From contig CBDEUS010000001.1 of NCBI GenBank assembly GCA_965243395.1, positions 896,001-960,000 of the forward strand: a DNA stretch of 64,000 bases, given 5' to 3'. Each line of letters opens with the position of its first letter. The first letter of the stretch is position 1. This stretch comes from Gammaproteobacteria bacterium (GTDB lineage Bacteria; Pseudomonadota; Gammaproteobacteria; UBA4575). The notes beneath the pieces were generated by a model that saw only the letters and a list, made by a program, of their open reading frames with translations, was not told the origin of the DNA and made no database searches. A program made the position numbers and the translations under genes. Shown here one piece after another: positions 43,305-52,553 of the stretch.

Positions 43305-43328
43305 AGTTTTAAAGCTTTGAATAGATAT

Positions 43329-44606
43329 TTATCCAAACATTTCAGCAGTCATATTATTAAACCAGCTATATGCATATTCCACTTCGCGTTTAAGCATTTC
43401 TGGAGAAGCATCTTCAGGAGTCAATCCACCGCCAAGCTTTTTAATCTCCGAACGATCTTCAGCTAATTCATATACCGCTACAACAGAAATTCCATAATCC
43501 GGTGCAATCAAGCTATAGCAAGCATTGGCGTAAGATGCTACAGGTGCATCCTTGCCTTGCAATAAGCTGACTACGGCTGCAGCACATACTTTTGCTTGCG
43601 TGCCGGCCGCATAACCAGACTTAGGCATACCTTTGGCAATACTGGCATCACCAATCACATGCACATCTTTATGTTTTGTTGATTCAAAGGTACCGAGATC
43701 AACCGGGCACCAACCTGAGTCATCTACAAGATCAGAGTCATGTGCAATTTGGGCGGCGTGTTGTGGAGGAATAATATTGGCTACTGCAACTTTATGGTCG
43801 TCGAAGTCCGTGCTTACCGTCATATCTTTTGTATTTACTGACTTAACTCCACCACCTGTGTCTGCACCAGCAACCCACTCAATCATCTCTCCATATACTT
43901 TTTTGTAGCCTTGCATAAACAAACCTTGTTTAGAGAACTTGTCTTTAGCATCAAGGATAAGCAATTTTGACTTTGGCTTATTGTGTTTTAAGTGATGCGC
44001 AATTTGTGCAGCGCGTTCATAAGGTCCAGGCGGACAACGGAAAGGGTTTTGTGGTGGCGCAATAATAACGAGACCACCATCATCCATTGATTCTAGCTGG
44101 CTACGAAGCAAAGCAGTTTGTGGTCCTGCTAGCCAAGAGTGAGGCATCACTTCTGAAGCTTCTTCACTATAACCTTCAATAGCACCAAATTTTAATGAAA
44201 TGCCCGGGGATAGCACACAACGGTCATATTCTAATGTAGTTCCGTTTGCAGTCATCAATTTGTGTGCTTCAGCATCAACCATGGTTGCTTTATCTTGAAC
44301 TAATTTAATACCGTGGCTGGAAATATTATCGTAGCCAAATTTAATAGTAGAGATATCACGATCACCACCAATGACTTCGTTACTCATAAAACAAGTGTGA
44401 TGGTGTGCTTTTGGCTCAACAATGGTAACTTCAATAGATGAATCACCTTTTGCTATATATTTAGCAGCAATTAAACCGCCAACTCCACCACCAACAACTA
44501 CAACACGCTTCTTTGCCGCATGTGCGAGAAACGGAAAACTTAAACCACCAGTAGCTAATGCACCGCCAGTGGCTTTTAAAAAACTTCTTCGATTTAGATT
44601 TGTCAT
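43329..44606 (-). CDS. fccB: Flavocytochrome c sulfide dehydrogenase, flavoprotein subunit
   Basis: Tat signal NRRSFLK, GGGVGG, CFMSN, FRCPPGPYERA, MPKSG, CYSL. Confidence 0.95.
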   Translation of the reverse strand: MTNLNRRSFLKATGGALATGGLSFPFLAHAAKKRVVVVGGGVGGLIAAKYIAKGDSSIEVTIVEPKAHHHTCFMSNEVIGGDRDISTIKFGYDNISSHGIKLVQDKATMVDAEAHKLMTANGTTLEYDRCVLSPGISLKFGAIEGYSEEASEVMPHSWLAGPQTALLRSQLESMDDGGLVIIAPPQNPFRCPPGPYERAAQIAHHLKHNKPKSKLLILDAKDKFSKQGLFMQGYKKVYGEMIEWVAGADTGGGVKSVNTKDMTVSTDFDDHKVAVANIIPPQHAAQIAHDSDLVDDSGWCPVDLGTFESTKHKDVHVIGDASIAKGMPKSGYAAGTQAKVCAAAVVSLLQGKDAPVASYANACYSLIAPDYGISVVAVYELAEDRSEIKKLGGGLTPEDASPEMLKREVEYAYSWFNNMTAEMFG

Positions 44607-44635
44607 TTTTTAAACTCCTAGCTAATCAGTAGTTA

Positions 44636-45295
44636 CTATTGGTTTGCATAAAATTGAATTAAATCACGCATTGCTTCATCACCAGCAGCGGTATGCGCTT
44701 CTTCCATTTGTTTTTTCATTTTCTTGGGCATTTCACGATTGCCATTATTGTAATCGTCAAGTGTATATTGTAAGTAAGGTACCCATTGACCAGCCAAAAC
44801 TCCTGCATCATCTTCTGCAGAGCTGCCACCATCTTCATGACATTTTTCACAATGCGCTTCATGTAATTTCGCACCAGACTTAGCTTGACCATCATCTGCA
44901 GCTTGTTCGGCACTTTCAAACGGCAATTCTGCAAAGTACTTCGCAATGAGTTTAATTTCTTCTTCGGAATACCCTTGAGCAATCCGATCCATTACTGTAG
45001 AGGCTCTGGCAAAGTATTCCACATCTTCAAAATCAGGATCCGATTCAATAATTTCATCAACTTTATCTTCATCATCGCCATACTTATAAGCGAGCATTGC
45101 GCCTATGATGTAAAGTTCTGACATTCCTGAAATGGTGGGCGTTGCTGGTCCTTCACTAATCCCTTCAGGTCCATGACAACCTAAACAAGTATTTGACAGC
45201 ATTTCTGCGCTAGCACCATCTGCAGCTGCAGGTGAAGTGAAAGTTACTCCAAACAATAAAATTAATAGAGTAACAAGGATGCGATGATCTAACAT
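44636..45295 (-). CDS. fccA: Flavocytochrome c diheme cytochrome subunit
   Basis: CLGCH and CEKCH; LAGQW..YL; REMPKKM; AGGAG RBS before the ATG at 45295. Confidence 0.92.
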   Translation of the reverse strand: MLDHRILVTLLILLFGVTFTSPAAADGASAEMLSNTCLGCHGPEGISEGPATPTISGMSELYIIGAMLAYKYGDDEDKVDEIIESDPDFEDVEYFARASTVMDRIAQGYSEEEIKLIAKYFAELPFESAEQAADDGQAKSGAKLHEAHCEKCHEDGGSSAEDDAGVLAGQWVPYLQYTLDDYNNGNREMPKKMKKQMEEAHTAAGDEAMRDLIQFYANQ

Positions 45296-45439
45296 AGAAC
45301 TCCTCCTAATTCCTGGATCCATATGTTGTTATTAATCTGGTACATAGTCATGCATAGACTAAGTACGTGGGAAACTTTAGCACATTGAAAAAACGTATTT
45401 AGCTCTATTCTAATGAAAATTCCTGATTTGTTTTAAGAT

Positions 45440-46006
45440 TTAAGCTTTTTCGTCTTCTTCTTGCTCTTTAGGGATCTCGTGAGCAACTTCTTCAGGCTCT
45501 TCCGGGATTTCATGAGCAACGCCTTTATGGCAATCAATACAGGTTTTTTCGCTGTCACCTTTAGCAATTTTCTTATGTTTTTTGCGCGCAGAGCGATCTT
45601 GTTCTTTTAGGTCCATTGCCGCTATTAAATGACATGACTTACATTCACGTGAATCGGTCGCTTTCATTCGATCCCAAACTGAATTGGCCATTTCCCAGCG
45701 ATAAGCTTCAAATTTTTCTTCCGAATCAATCGCACCAGTAATTTCTCCCCAGACGTCTTTAGCCGCACGAAGTTTTGCAACAAGTTTGGGCCCCGTTTCG
45801 TGAGGAACATGGCAATCAGAGCATTCTGCACGTACACCTGAAATATTTGTGTAATGAATACTCTCCATCCATTCTTCTTGCACCCATTGCATAGAATGGC
45901 AAGAGGTACAAAACTCAGTGCTGTTTGTAGCTTTCAATGTCACCGAGGAGCTAGTGCTTAAAGCTGCACCTATTAATAACAGTAAAACAATAAAAATTAG
46001 CTTCAT
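45440..46006 (-). CDS. NapC/NirT-family tetraheme cytochrome c
   Basis: N-terminal anchor; CTSCH, CSDCH, CKSCH, CIDCH; HYTNISGVRA. Confidence 0.95.
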   Translation of the reverse strand: MKLIFIVLLLLIGAALSTSSSVTLKATNSTEFCTSCHSMQWVQEEWMESIHYTNISGVRAECSDCHVPHETGPKLVAKLRAAKDVWGEITGAIDSEEKFEAYRWEMANSVWDRMKATDSRECKSCHLIAAMDLKEQDRSARKKHKKIAKGDSEKTCIDCHKGVAHEIPEEPEEVAHEIPKEQEEDEKA

Positions 46007-46317
46007 GTACTTAGTTCAATGAATAGAAATATTTAGAAAGGATAATAAAGGTAAGGAGTTTTCGCTATTTTTTTTAGACAACAAACATTGTGCCATTGCA
46101 TTTTCGGCTAACCAAGCCTCTCGAAGCTATATAAATTTTATATTTATTTAATAAATCAATTTAACTAAATAATATAATTCACTGAAAATAATGTAAATTA
46201 ATTAAAAAATGGCATGCATAAGTAAATTGAATTAGTACTTTATTATATACTAATATATCGTCTAAAGTATAATTAAAGTCCTGTACAAAGACCAACTACA
46301 TATAAACGTACAAACTT

Positions 46318-47622
46318 ATGAAAACAATTTTTCTATTTATCTTTGGATTAATAGTCTGGTTACTGCTAACCAACTATCAAGTTGTATATTCAAAAATTAC
46401 ATCTTTTGTAAATCTTGAAACAGAGAATACTGAACTTGTCAGCACTGATAACAATATCGAAGCTATCAAAGACACTGTTAATCAAGCAAACGAAAATGAA
46501 ACATCAGATACTAGCTCTGAATTAACTGAAGAAGACGTAGCGAGCCTAGGAGAAGAACAAAATACTAATTCTGATGAATCGATTGCAGAAGAAAATATAA
46601 TTGAAACAACAGATAAAACTGCAGAATCTCAACTGATTGAAGTTACAGCTGCTAGTAACAACCTTGAAGAAGCTGAAACAGATTCAGAAGAAGAGTTTGA
46701 AAAAGAGGCGGAAACTGAAATTGATCAAGCTGTTCAATCTCAAGTAGCTGCAAATTTTCCTATGTTTAATCAATCAATGATGTCCGCTTGGACACCATAC
46801 ATGAATAACAATGCCTATAACCCATGGGCGAACCAATATACAAATATGATGATGGCAATGATGGGTATGATGATGAATCCTGCAACGTACATGAACCCCA
46901 TGACGATGATGAATCCCTCAGTCAACATCATGACACAGCCTCAAAATTTGAATGCAATGATGATGTCCATGGATCCCAAGATGGTGTTCGGCATGTTTGG
47001 ACAACCTAGCCAAAGCTATAAAGAAGGCGAGACACCAGATCAACTACCTGTGGTTACAATTCCAGGTTTTCCTACTCAAACATATCAAAGCTGGCCAAAA
47101 AACACTGTTTCACCTGAAATAACACGTGAAGCAAAGCTCCACGCATTTCAAACTGCAATGGCCATGAGCCCGCTATCGATGCGCAATATGGTTAGCATGA
47201 TGGCCGATAAAATTCCTGTAGACGAGGGTGTGAGTTGGGATGATGCAGTCGAAGCTATGAAACTTCGCGCAAACGAAGTTAACTTTAAATTTGTGGGTTC
47301 AAGTCCACTATGGAAACAAATTGAAGCAGAGACTGAACAACCTTCTGCCAAAGTTGAAATGTTCCGCTTCTGCGATGCAAGAATGGCGAGAAAAATTTTA
47401 GATGAAGTACCCGAGTTTATTGTGTTTTTACCTTGCAAGATTGCGTTGCTAGAAGATGCAGAAGGTAAGCTTTGGGTAATGACTTTAGATTGGGACGTTA
47501 GCTGGTTGGACTATGCGCAAAATCCAAATAACCATTTATCTAAAGATATTCGAGAACATGCAGAAGTGATTAGGGAAAATATTCAATACATCATGGAAGG
47601 TGCGGCAACCGGAGATTTTTAA
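46318..47622 (+). CDS. Exported protein: acidic linker + Met-rich repeat + C-terminal DUF302-like domain
   Basis: Hydrophobic N-terminus, E/T/N-rich region, MMMAMMGMMMNP tract, FRFCD..MA...FLPCKIA. Confidence 0.85.
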   Translation: MKTIFLFIFGLIVWLLLTNYQVVYSKITSFVNLETENTELVSTDNNIEAIKDTVNQANENETSDTSSELTEEDVASLGEEQNTNSDESIAEENIIETTDKTAESQLIEVTAASNNLEEAETDSEEEFEKEAETEIDQAVQSQVAANFPMFNQSMMSAWTPYMNNNAYNPWANQYTNMMMAMMGMMMNPATYMNPMTMMNPSVNIMTQPQNLNAMMMSMDPKMVFGMFGQPSQSYKEGETPDQLPVVTIPGFPTQTYQSWPKNTVSPEITREAKLHAFQTAMAMSPLSMRNMVSMMADKIPVDEGVSWDDAVEAMKLRANEVNFKFVGSSPLWKQIEAETEQPSAKVEMFRFCDARMARKILDEVPEFIVFLPCKIALLEDAEGKLWVMTLDWDVSWLDYAQNPNNHLSKDIREHAEVIRENIQYIMEGAATGDF

Positions 47623-47664
47623 TTCTTTTTGATTAAATTTTAATTGTAATAGCGGAGAAGAGTA

Positions 47665-48432
47665 ATGATAACAAAGAGTAAAATCCTTCAATCAATTGCA
47701 GTTGTAATTGGTTTATTTATTGCTGGGGCTGCAGCGATTCATGCAGATGAACATGCAGGAAAGGATGCTGAAAATAAAGCAAACCCGACTGCTTCATATT
47801 TTAATTGGGGGGGTCAAATGAGTCCTGCGATGCAGAACTCAATGAAGCCTGAAGTCCAGAAAAAAATGATGGGTTGGATGGCTCGACCACAAGACATGAT
47901 GACTATGGAAGGTTGCGCCGCGTGTCATGAAGGCGAGAACTTGGCCCGAATTGCGAAAGACTGGGGCCCGATGCTGTCATCTATGAAGCCAATGGTGGAT
48001 ATGATGAACCCGATGACAGGCATGGTTGAACCCATGATGAACCCCATGATCAGCATGATGCACCCAATGGCGGATATGATGGGTCCAATGATGAATATGA
48101 TGGGACCAATGATGGCGCCTATGACTGGAATGATGAACCCTATGATGGGAATGATGACTCCTATGATGGCGCCTATGACTGGAATGATGAATCCCATGAT
48201 GGCAGGCATGGCTAATCCAGCTCTGATGATGAACCCAGGTTGGTACATGAGCATGATGGGACCAATGATGGGCATGATGTATCCCATGATGAACCCTATG
48301 GGGATGATGGGTGGCTATGGTGGCTATGGCGGTAACTCAATGGGTCAAATGATGGATCCTAAGCAGTATGAAAACTGGTTCAATCAGTGGACAGAGTCCA
48401 TGCAGAACATGGCTCCACAAACTAAACAATAA
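47665..48432 (+). CDS. Exported Met-rich repeat protein with one CxxCH motif
   Basis: Signal peptide (IHA/D), CAACH, (MMxP) repeats, C-terminal MGQMMDPKQYENWFNQW; GGAG RBS. Confidence 0.85.
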   Translation: MITKSKILQSIAVVIGLFIAGAAAIHADEHAGKDAENKANPTASYFNWGGQMSPAMQNSMKPEVQKKMMGWMARPQDMMTMEGCAACHEGENLARIAKDWGPMLSSMKPMVDMMNPMTGMVEPMMNPMISMMHPMADMMGPMMNMMGPMMAPMTGMMNPMMGMMTPMMAPMTGMMNPMMAGMANPALMMNPGWYMSMMGPMMGMMYPMMNPMGMMGGYGGYGGNSMGQMMDPKQYENWFNQWTESMQNMAPQTKQ

Positions 48433-48453
48433 AGTAAGTTCATTTAATGTTGG

Positions 48454-48485
48454 TAAGTCGTGTGTAGAGCACTATGCACGACTTA
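48454..48485 (+). terminator. Intergenic stem-loop (terminator or mRNA stabiliser)
   Basis: taagtcgtgtgtag-agca-ctatgcacgactta, 14-bp stem with two G:U pairs. Confidence 0.6.
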
Positions 48486-48545
48486 GTTATTTCATCGCAT
48501 ACTAGTTTTATTAGCACTAACTACGCAATTAAAGGCAATTACACT

Positions 48546-49076
48546 ATGCAATCTCTCCAAAAAACAATCCTCTTCTTAACTATTACGTGTTGTCTATTCA
48601 TTGTTGGCGCTTCTAACAGTCTTGCTGAGAATAAAGAAAGCACTGCTCCTGATATGAGCGCAATGATGGGTATGATGAATCCAGCAATGTATATGAACAT
48701 GATGAATCCGATGATGGGCATGATGAATCCAGGGATGTACTCGAATATGATGAACCCCATGATGGGTGGGATGAATCCTATGAATCCCATGGCAGGTATG
48801 AACATGATGTACCCGATGATGGGCATGAGTGCTCCAATGATGGGATCAATGATGAATCCAATGATGGGTATGAATATGATGTACCCGATGATGGGCATGA
48901 TGGGGCCTATGATGTCTCCTATGGGTGGAATGGGAATGCCAGGAATGTCTTATAGCACCCCAAATAGTAATCCAATGGGTCAGATGATGGATCCTAAGCA
49001 GTACGAAAACTGGTTCAATCAGTGGACAGAAATGATGAAAAACTTCACACCCCCAACAAATACAACATCTAAATAG
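48546..49076 (+). CDS. Exported Met-rich repeat protein
   Basis: Signal peptide (SLA/E), ~100-aa M/N/P/G tract, same C-terminal motif as the upstream gene; start placed at ATG 48546. Confidence 0.85.
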   Translation: MQSLQKTILFLTITCCLFIVGASNSLAENKESTAPDMSAMMGMMNPAMYMNMMNPMMGMMNPGMYSNMMNPMMGGMNPMNPMAGMNMMYPMMGMSAPMMGSMMNPMMGMNMMYPMMGMMGPMMSPMGGMGMPGMSYSTPNSNPMGQMMDPKQYENWFNQWTEMMKNFTPPTNTTSK

Positions 49077-49105
49077 TATTCGTTTTATTTATTAGACAAA
49101 TATAA

Positions 49106-49582
49106 ATGAATAAAATAGTTCAACAAGCGCTCTTCATAATCCCAATTGCTGCATTAATTGTTGCCCCATTAGTAATTGATCATGAAAAAATAGAATCAAA
49201 ATTTTTTAGTTCTGAAAAGTCAATTACACAGTCTCAATCTAACCATCATAATGATGTAGATTTTAATCTACCGCATGTCGTTGATAATGAACAATATGCA
49301 ATGTCCGAACCATTTTCAGAACACTCTTTTTTCATACATCCATGCAATATGGGCAACCCTATGGACCCTGCTGCTTGGATGAGCATGATGATGCGTATGA
49401 TGAATTACATGCAAATGACGCAGATGATGCAGCAAATGACTAAAATGCCGACCGGGATGACTAATCCATCAGCGACGTGGATGAGCCCACATATGATGAT
49501 GCCAAATCAACCAAATACCGCGAAGCAGCCACTAAGCCCAAAGGAATATGAGAAGTGGTACAACGAGCAGCTTAAAAAGTAA
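49106..49582 (+). CDS. Membrane-anchored or exported Met-rich protein
   Basis: Hydrophobic N-terminus, MDPAAWMSMMMRMM tract, C-terminal SPKEYEKWYNE. Confidence 0.8.
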   Translation: MNKIVQQALFIIPIAALIVAPLVIDHEKIESKFFSSEKSITQSQSNHHNDVDFNLPHVVDNEQYAMSEPFSEHSFFIHPCNMGNPMDPAAWMSMMMRMMNYMQMTQMMQQMTKMPTGMTNPSATWMSPHMMMPNQPNTAKQPLSPKEYEKWYNEQLKK

Positions 49583-49708
49583 TTCTTGAAGTTATAAAGA
49601 GTGCTCAACTTGGCTGAAAATAAGGTTTATCCGCGCAATTATGAATTCTGATGCTTACATTTTAAACACTTGTAAAATCTCACAAACTGTACGATACATA
49701 ACTACAGT

Positions 49709-49740
49709 GATGTATACATCCATATATGCATTGGTATAAT
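49709..49740 (+). promoter_or_regulatory. Extended -10 promoter with an upstream 12-bp palindrome
   Basis: GATGTATACATC (49709-49720) and TGGTATAAT (49732-49740) before the YeeE gene. Confidence 0.5.
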
Positions 49741-49780
49741 TCGCGGCCTTTAAAACTATTACCTCAGCGGATAGATAACC

Positions 49781-50926
49781 ATGGAAGAATTATCTAACTT
49801 ACATCTTGTTGCCCTACTAGGATTCTGTATAGCCTTAGTATTCGGCTTTGTTGGAAACAAAACCCATTTTTGTTCAATGGGTGCGATTAGTGATGTAGTT
49901 AATATGGGCGCCAAAGGCAGATTAGGTGCCTGGTTCCTTGCTATAGGCCTTGCCATCCTTGGAGCACAATTCCTCTTTCTTCAAGGTTATATCGATTTAA
50001 ATGCTTCAGTTTATTTATCCCCTAATCTTTATATTTTAAGTTATGTACTGGGTGGCATTCTGTTTGGTATTGGCATGACACTCGCAGCCGGTTGTGGTCA
50101 ACGAAATTTAGTCAGAGTAGGGGGCGGCAACTTAAAAGCATTAGTGGTTTTAATAATCTTAGGCATCACCGCATACATGACCATGCGAGGCGTACTAGCT
50201 ATGGTGCGATTGAATTGGGTGTATGCCGTCAATGCAGACTTAACGACACAAGGTATTCAAGACCAAAGTTTATTTAGTTATTTAGGTGCGCTATTTAATT
50301 TAGAAGATGCCAGTCTGCTAAGAAAAATTGGTGGATTTATCATTGCATTTGGCTTTATTGCTTATGCTTTTAAACAAAAAGAATTCAGAACCAGTTTTGA
50401 TAATGTTCTAGCCGGTGTTGTTATTGGCGTCTGTATTACCGCAGCCTGGTTTGTAACAGGCTATATCGGGCAAGATGACTTTGACCCGATCACTCCACAA
50501 GGCATGGCATTTATAGGTCCAACTGGTAACACTATTAGCTACCTTATGACGTTTACGGGTGCACAAATTAACTTTGGAATAGCCGTTGCTCTTGGCATGA
50601 TTGCTGGCTCATTTATTTATGCAATATTTTCTGGAAATTTCAGAATAGAAACTTTTAGTAACAAAACTGAAATGGTCAATCACATGATCGGTGGAGTATT
50701 GATGGGATTTGGTGGTGTATTGTCTTTTGGATGCACCATTGGACAAGGCGTTACAGGTATGTCTACGTTGGCAATTGGCTCGATGATGACTTTAGCTTCC
50801 ATCATCTTTGGCAGTGCGCTTACCATGAAAATTCAATATCACATGCTAGATGAAAAAGGCTTTTTCCCTGCGCTAGGCACCGGCTTATCTGAGCTACTTA
50901 TACCATGGAAAAAACAAGAAGCTTAA
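49781..50926 (+). CDS. YeeE/YedE-family sulfur-compound (thiosulfate) transporter
   Basis: Three conserved Cys motifs FCSMG, AAGCG, FGCTIGQG; about 9 TM helices. Confidence 0.93.
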   Translation: MEELSNLHLVALLGFCIALVFGFVGNKTHFCSMGAISDVVNMGAKGRLGAWFLAIGLAILGAQFLFLQGYIDLNASVYLSPNLYILSYVLGGILFGIGMTLAAGCGQRNLVRVGGGNLKALVVLIILGITAYMTMRGVLAMVRLNWVYAVNADLTTQGIQDQSLFSYLGALFNLEDASLLRKIGGFIIAFGFIAYAFKQKEFRTSFDNVLAGVVIGVCITAAWFVTGYIGQDDFDPITPQGMAFIGPTGNTISYLMTFTGAQINFGIAVALGMIAGSFIYAIFSGNFRIETFSNKTEMVNHMIGGVLMGFGGVLSFGCTIGQGVTGMSTLAIGSMMTLASIIFGSALTMKIQYHMLDEKGFFPALGTGLSELLIPWKKQEA

Positions 50927-50957
50927 TAATTGTTCTACTTAATAAAATATTAATTTA

Positions 50958-51374
50958 GTGCACTTATCATACCGAATTCTATTCGTTCTCTTTTTAATAT
51001 CTATCTCAACAATAGTATTTTCCGAGCAAGATGATCCTGTTGTTACTGGATCCAAAACATTTAAAGCAAAATGTGCTTCATGTCATGGAGATGATGCTAA
51101 AGGAAAAAATTCTAGTGACACTGACACAAAACTGAATGCTCCTGATTTAACACAGATTTCAAAAAGAAATAAAGGCGAATTTCCCGTATCGAGAATCTAT
51201 GCAATTATTGATGGTAGGGAAGTGTTACAAGAACACGGCACGCGCGCGATGCCAACTTGGGGGGATCTATTTTTATCAGATACGATTTGGGAAGGTTGCA
51301 GTCAGGTAGATGAGCAAATTGTTCGCGGCAGAATTTTAGAACTCATTTTATATCTTGACTCTATTCAGCAGTAA
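50958..51374 (+). CDS. Monoheme cytochrome c
   Basis: Signal peptide, CASCHG, APDLT, HG.RAMP.WG. Confidence 0.9.
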   Translation: MHLSYRILFVLFLISISTIVFSEQDDPVVTGSKTFKAKCASCHGDDAKGKNSSDTDTKLNAPDLTQISKRNKGEFPVSRIYAIIDGREVLQEHGTRAMPTWGDLFLSDTIWEGCSQVDEQIVRGRILELILYLDSIQQ

Positions 51375-51437
51375 TTAAAACTAAATTAATCACTGCTGAA
51401 TAACATTAATTTGAATATCGTTTATTTCTAAGATCTT

Positions 51438-51755
51438 TTACTTAATTACTGCTTCTCCTGAACCGGTTTCGCCAAGATTATCTGTCCAGCTAATTTTTAC
51501 CGTATCTCCAGCGTTTCCACCTTCAAACTCAAATGACCAGTAAGGGTTTTTAGAAACTCCTGTTCCCCATTCAGCAGAAATAATCATTTCACCGTTGAGT
51601 TCGGCTTTTACTTCTTTAATAAAGTGTGCAGGAATGAGTTCGCCCGTTTCTTTGTCTTTTCGACTACCGGACTCCATTTCGTGATACATAATGGCTTTCA
51701 CGACAGTAACGCCATCTTTTAATTTCGCCCTAATTTTCATTTCTTTTTCAGCCAT
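51438..51755 (-). CDS. soxZ: Sulfur oxidation protein SoxZ
   Basis: HEMESG.RKD, IPAHFI, VSKNPY, WTDN.G. Confidence 0.96.
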   Translation of the reverse strand: MAEKEMKIRAKLKDGVTVVKAIMYHEMESGSRKDKETGELIPAHFIKEVKAELNGEMIISAEWGTGVSKNPYWSFEFEGGNAGDTVKISWTDNLGETGSGEAVIK

Positions 51756-51773
51756 AATTCTTTCCCTTTATCT

Positions 51774-52223
51774 TTAAACGCAGCCGCCGGCCGTTACTTT
51801 TACAGCACTTTTACTTGAGTAAAGTTTTCCATCCGATTTAACAATTGCAACTACATTGGATGACTCGCGCAATTTAATACGTGTGGATACAAATGGTTTT
51901 GATTTTCCGTGAAAATAAAACCTTGAAATCCAAGGACGAGGGTTTTTATCACCCATAATGCTGATCCATTCAACATTTTCCAAATCGGTTGAAACCTTTA
52001 CGGGTACCGTTGCACCGTTTTCTGCAATTTCGGGTGCATCAATCATAACGTGACCTTCTAATAATTCTTGATCACCAATTAAACCTTTAAGAGCAGGTTC
52101 ATATTCGGTTTCATCAAAGGCTGCTGTAGGCCACTCTGCCGAAAGAATAGAAGGGATGCCCATTGCCGATAGCAACCCCACATAAAAGCTTTTTTCTAAA
52201 AAATTTCTTCTGGATATCTTCAT
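51774..52223 (-). CDS. soxY: Sulfur carrier SoxY (variant C-terminus)
   Basis: Tat signal SRRNFL, APEIAENGATVPV, STRIK, VKVTAGGCV. Confidence 0.93.
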   Translation of the reverse strand: MKISRRNFLEKSFYVGLLSAMGIPSILSAEWPTAAFDETEYEPALKGLIGDQELLEGHVMIDAPEIAENGATVPVKVSTDLENVEWISIMGDKNPRPWISRFYFHGKSKPFVSTRIKLRESSNVVAIVKSDGKLYSSKSAVKVTAGGCV

Positions 52224-52352
52224 GAATCCCTCGTTAGTTATTCGATTAACTAGTTACGCTAAGTAGCTAATATTTATATAAATAAGATTGAAATAGTGTA
52301 TGTATTAAGACGCTATTTTACCATGTAAGTTCCTCGGCTTGCTCATATTTTT

Positions 52353-52366
52353 TTGATATACATCAA
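52353..52366. promoter_or_regulatory. FNR-type binding site
   Basis: Perfect TTGAT-atac-ATCAA, ~130 bp upstream of soxY. Confidence 0.7.
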
Positions 52367-52553
52367 TACATTAGCTTGTTTTATACACATGTTTACAAGA
52401 AACTATGCTGCTAGTTCTAAGCCTCGCTATGGAATTCAAACAGTGAATAGATAGCGTGGAACCTGAACTAGATCATTTCGCAAGGTTGGAACTGGTTGGT
52501 TAATCTAAATTATTGCTACCAAATTCAAATATTTTATTAGCAATGAATAAATT

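Noticed and set aside
47925-48898. Ile/Gly-rich minus-strand ORFs (47925-48287, 48539-48898)
   Set aside because: Antisense shadows of the ATG-rich repeats; the + strand genes have signal peptides and fit the operon
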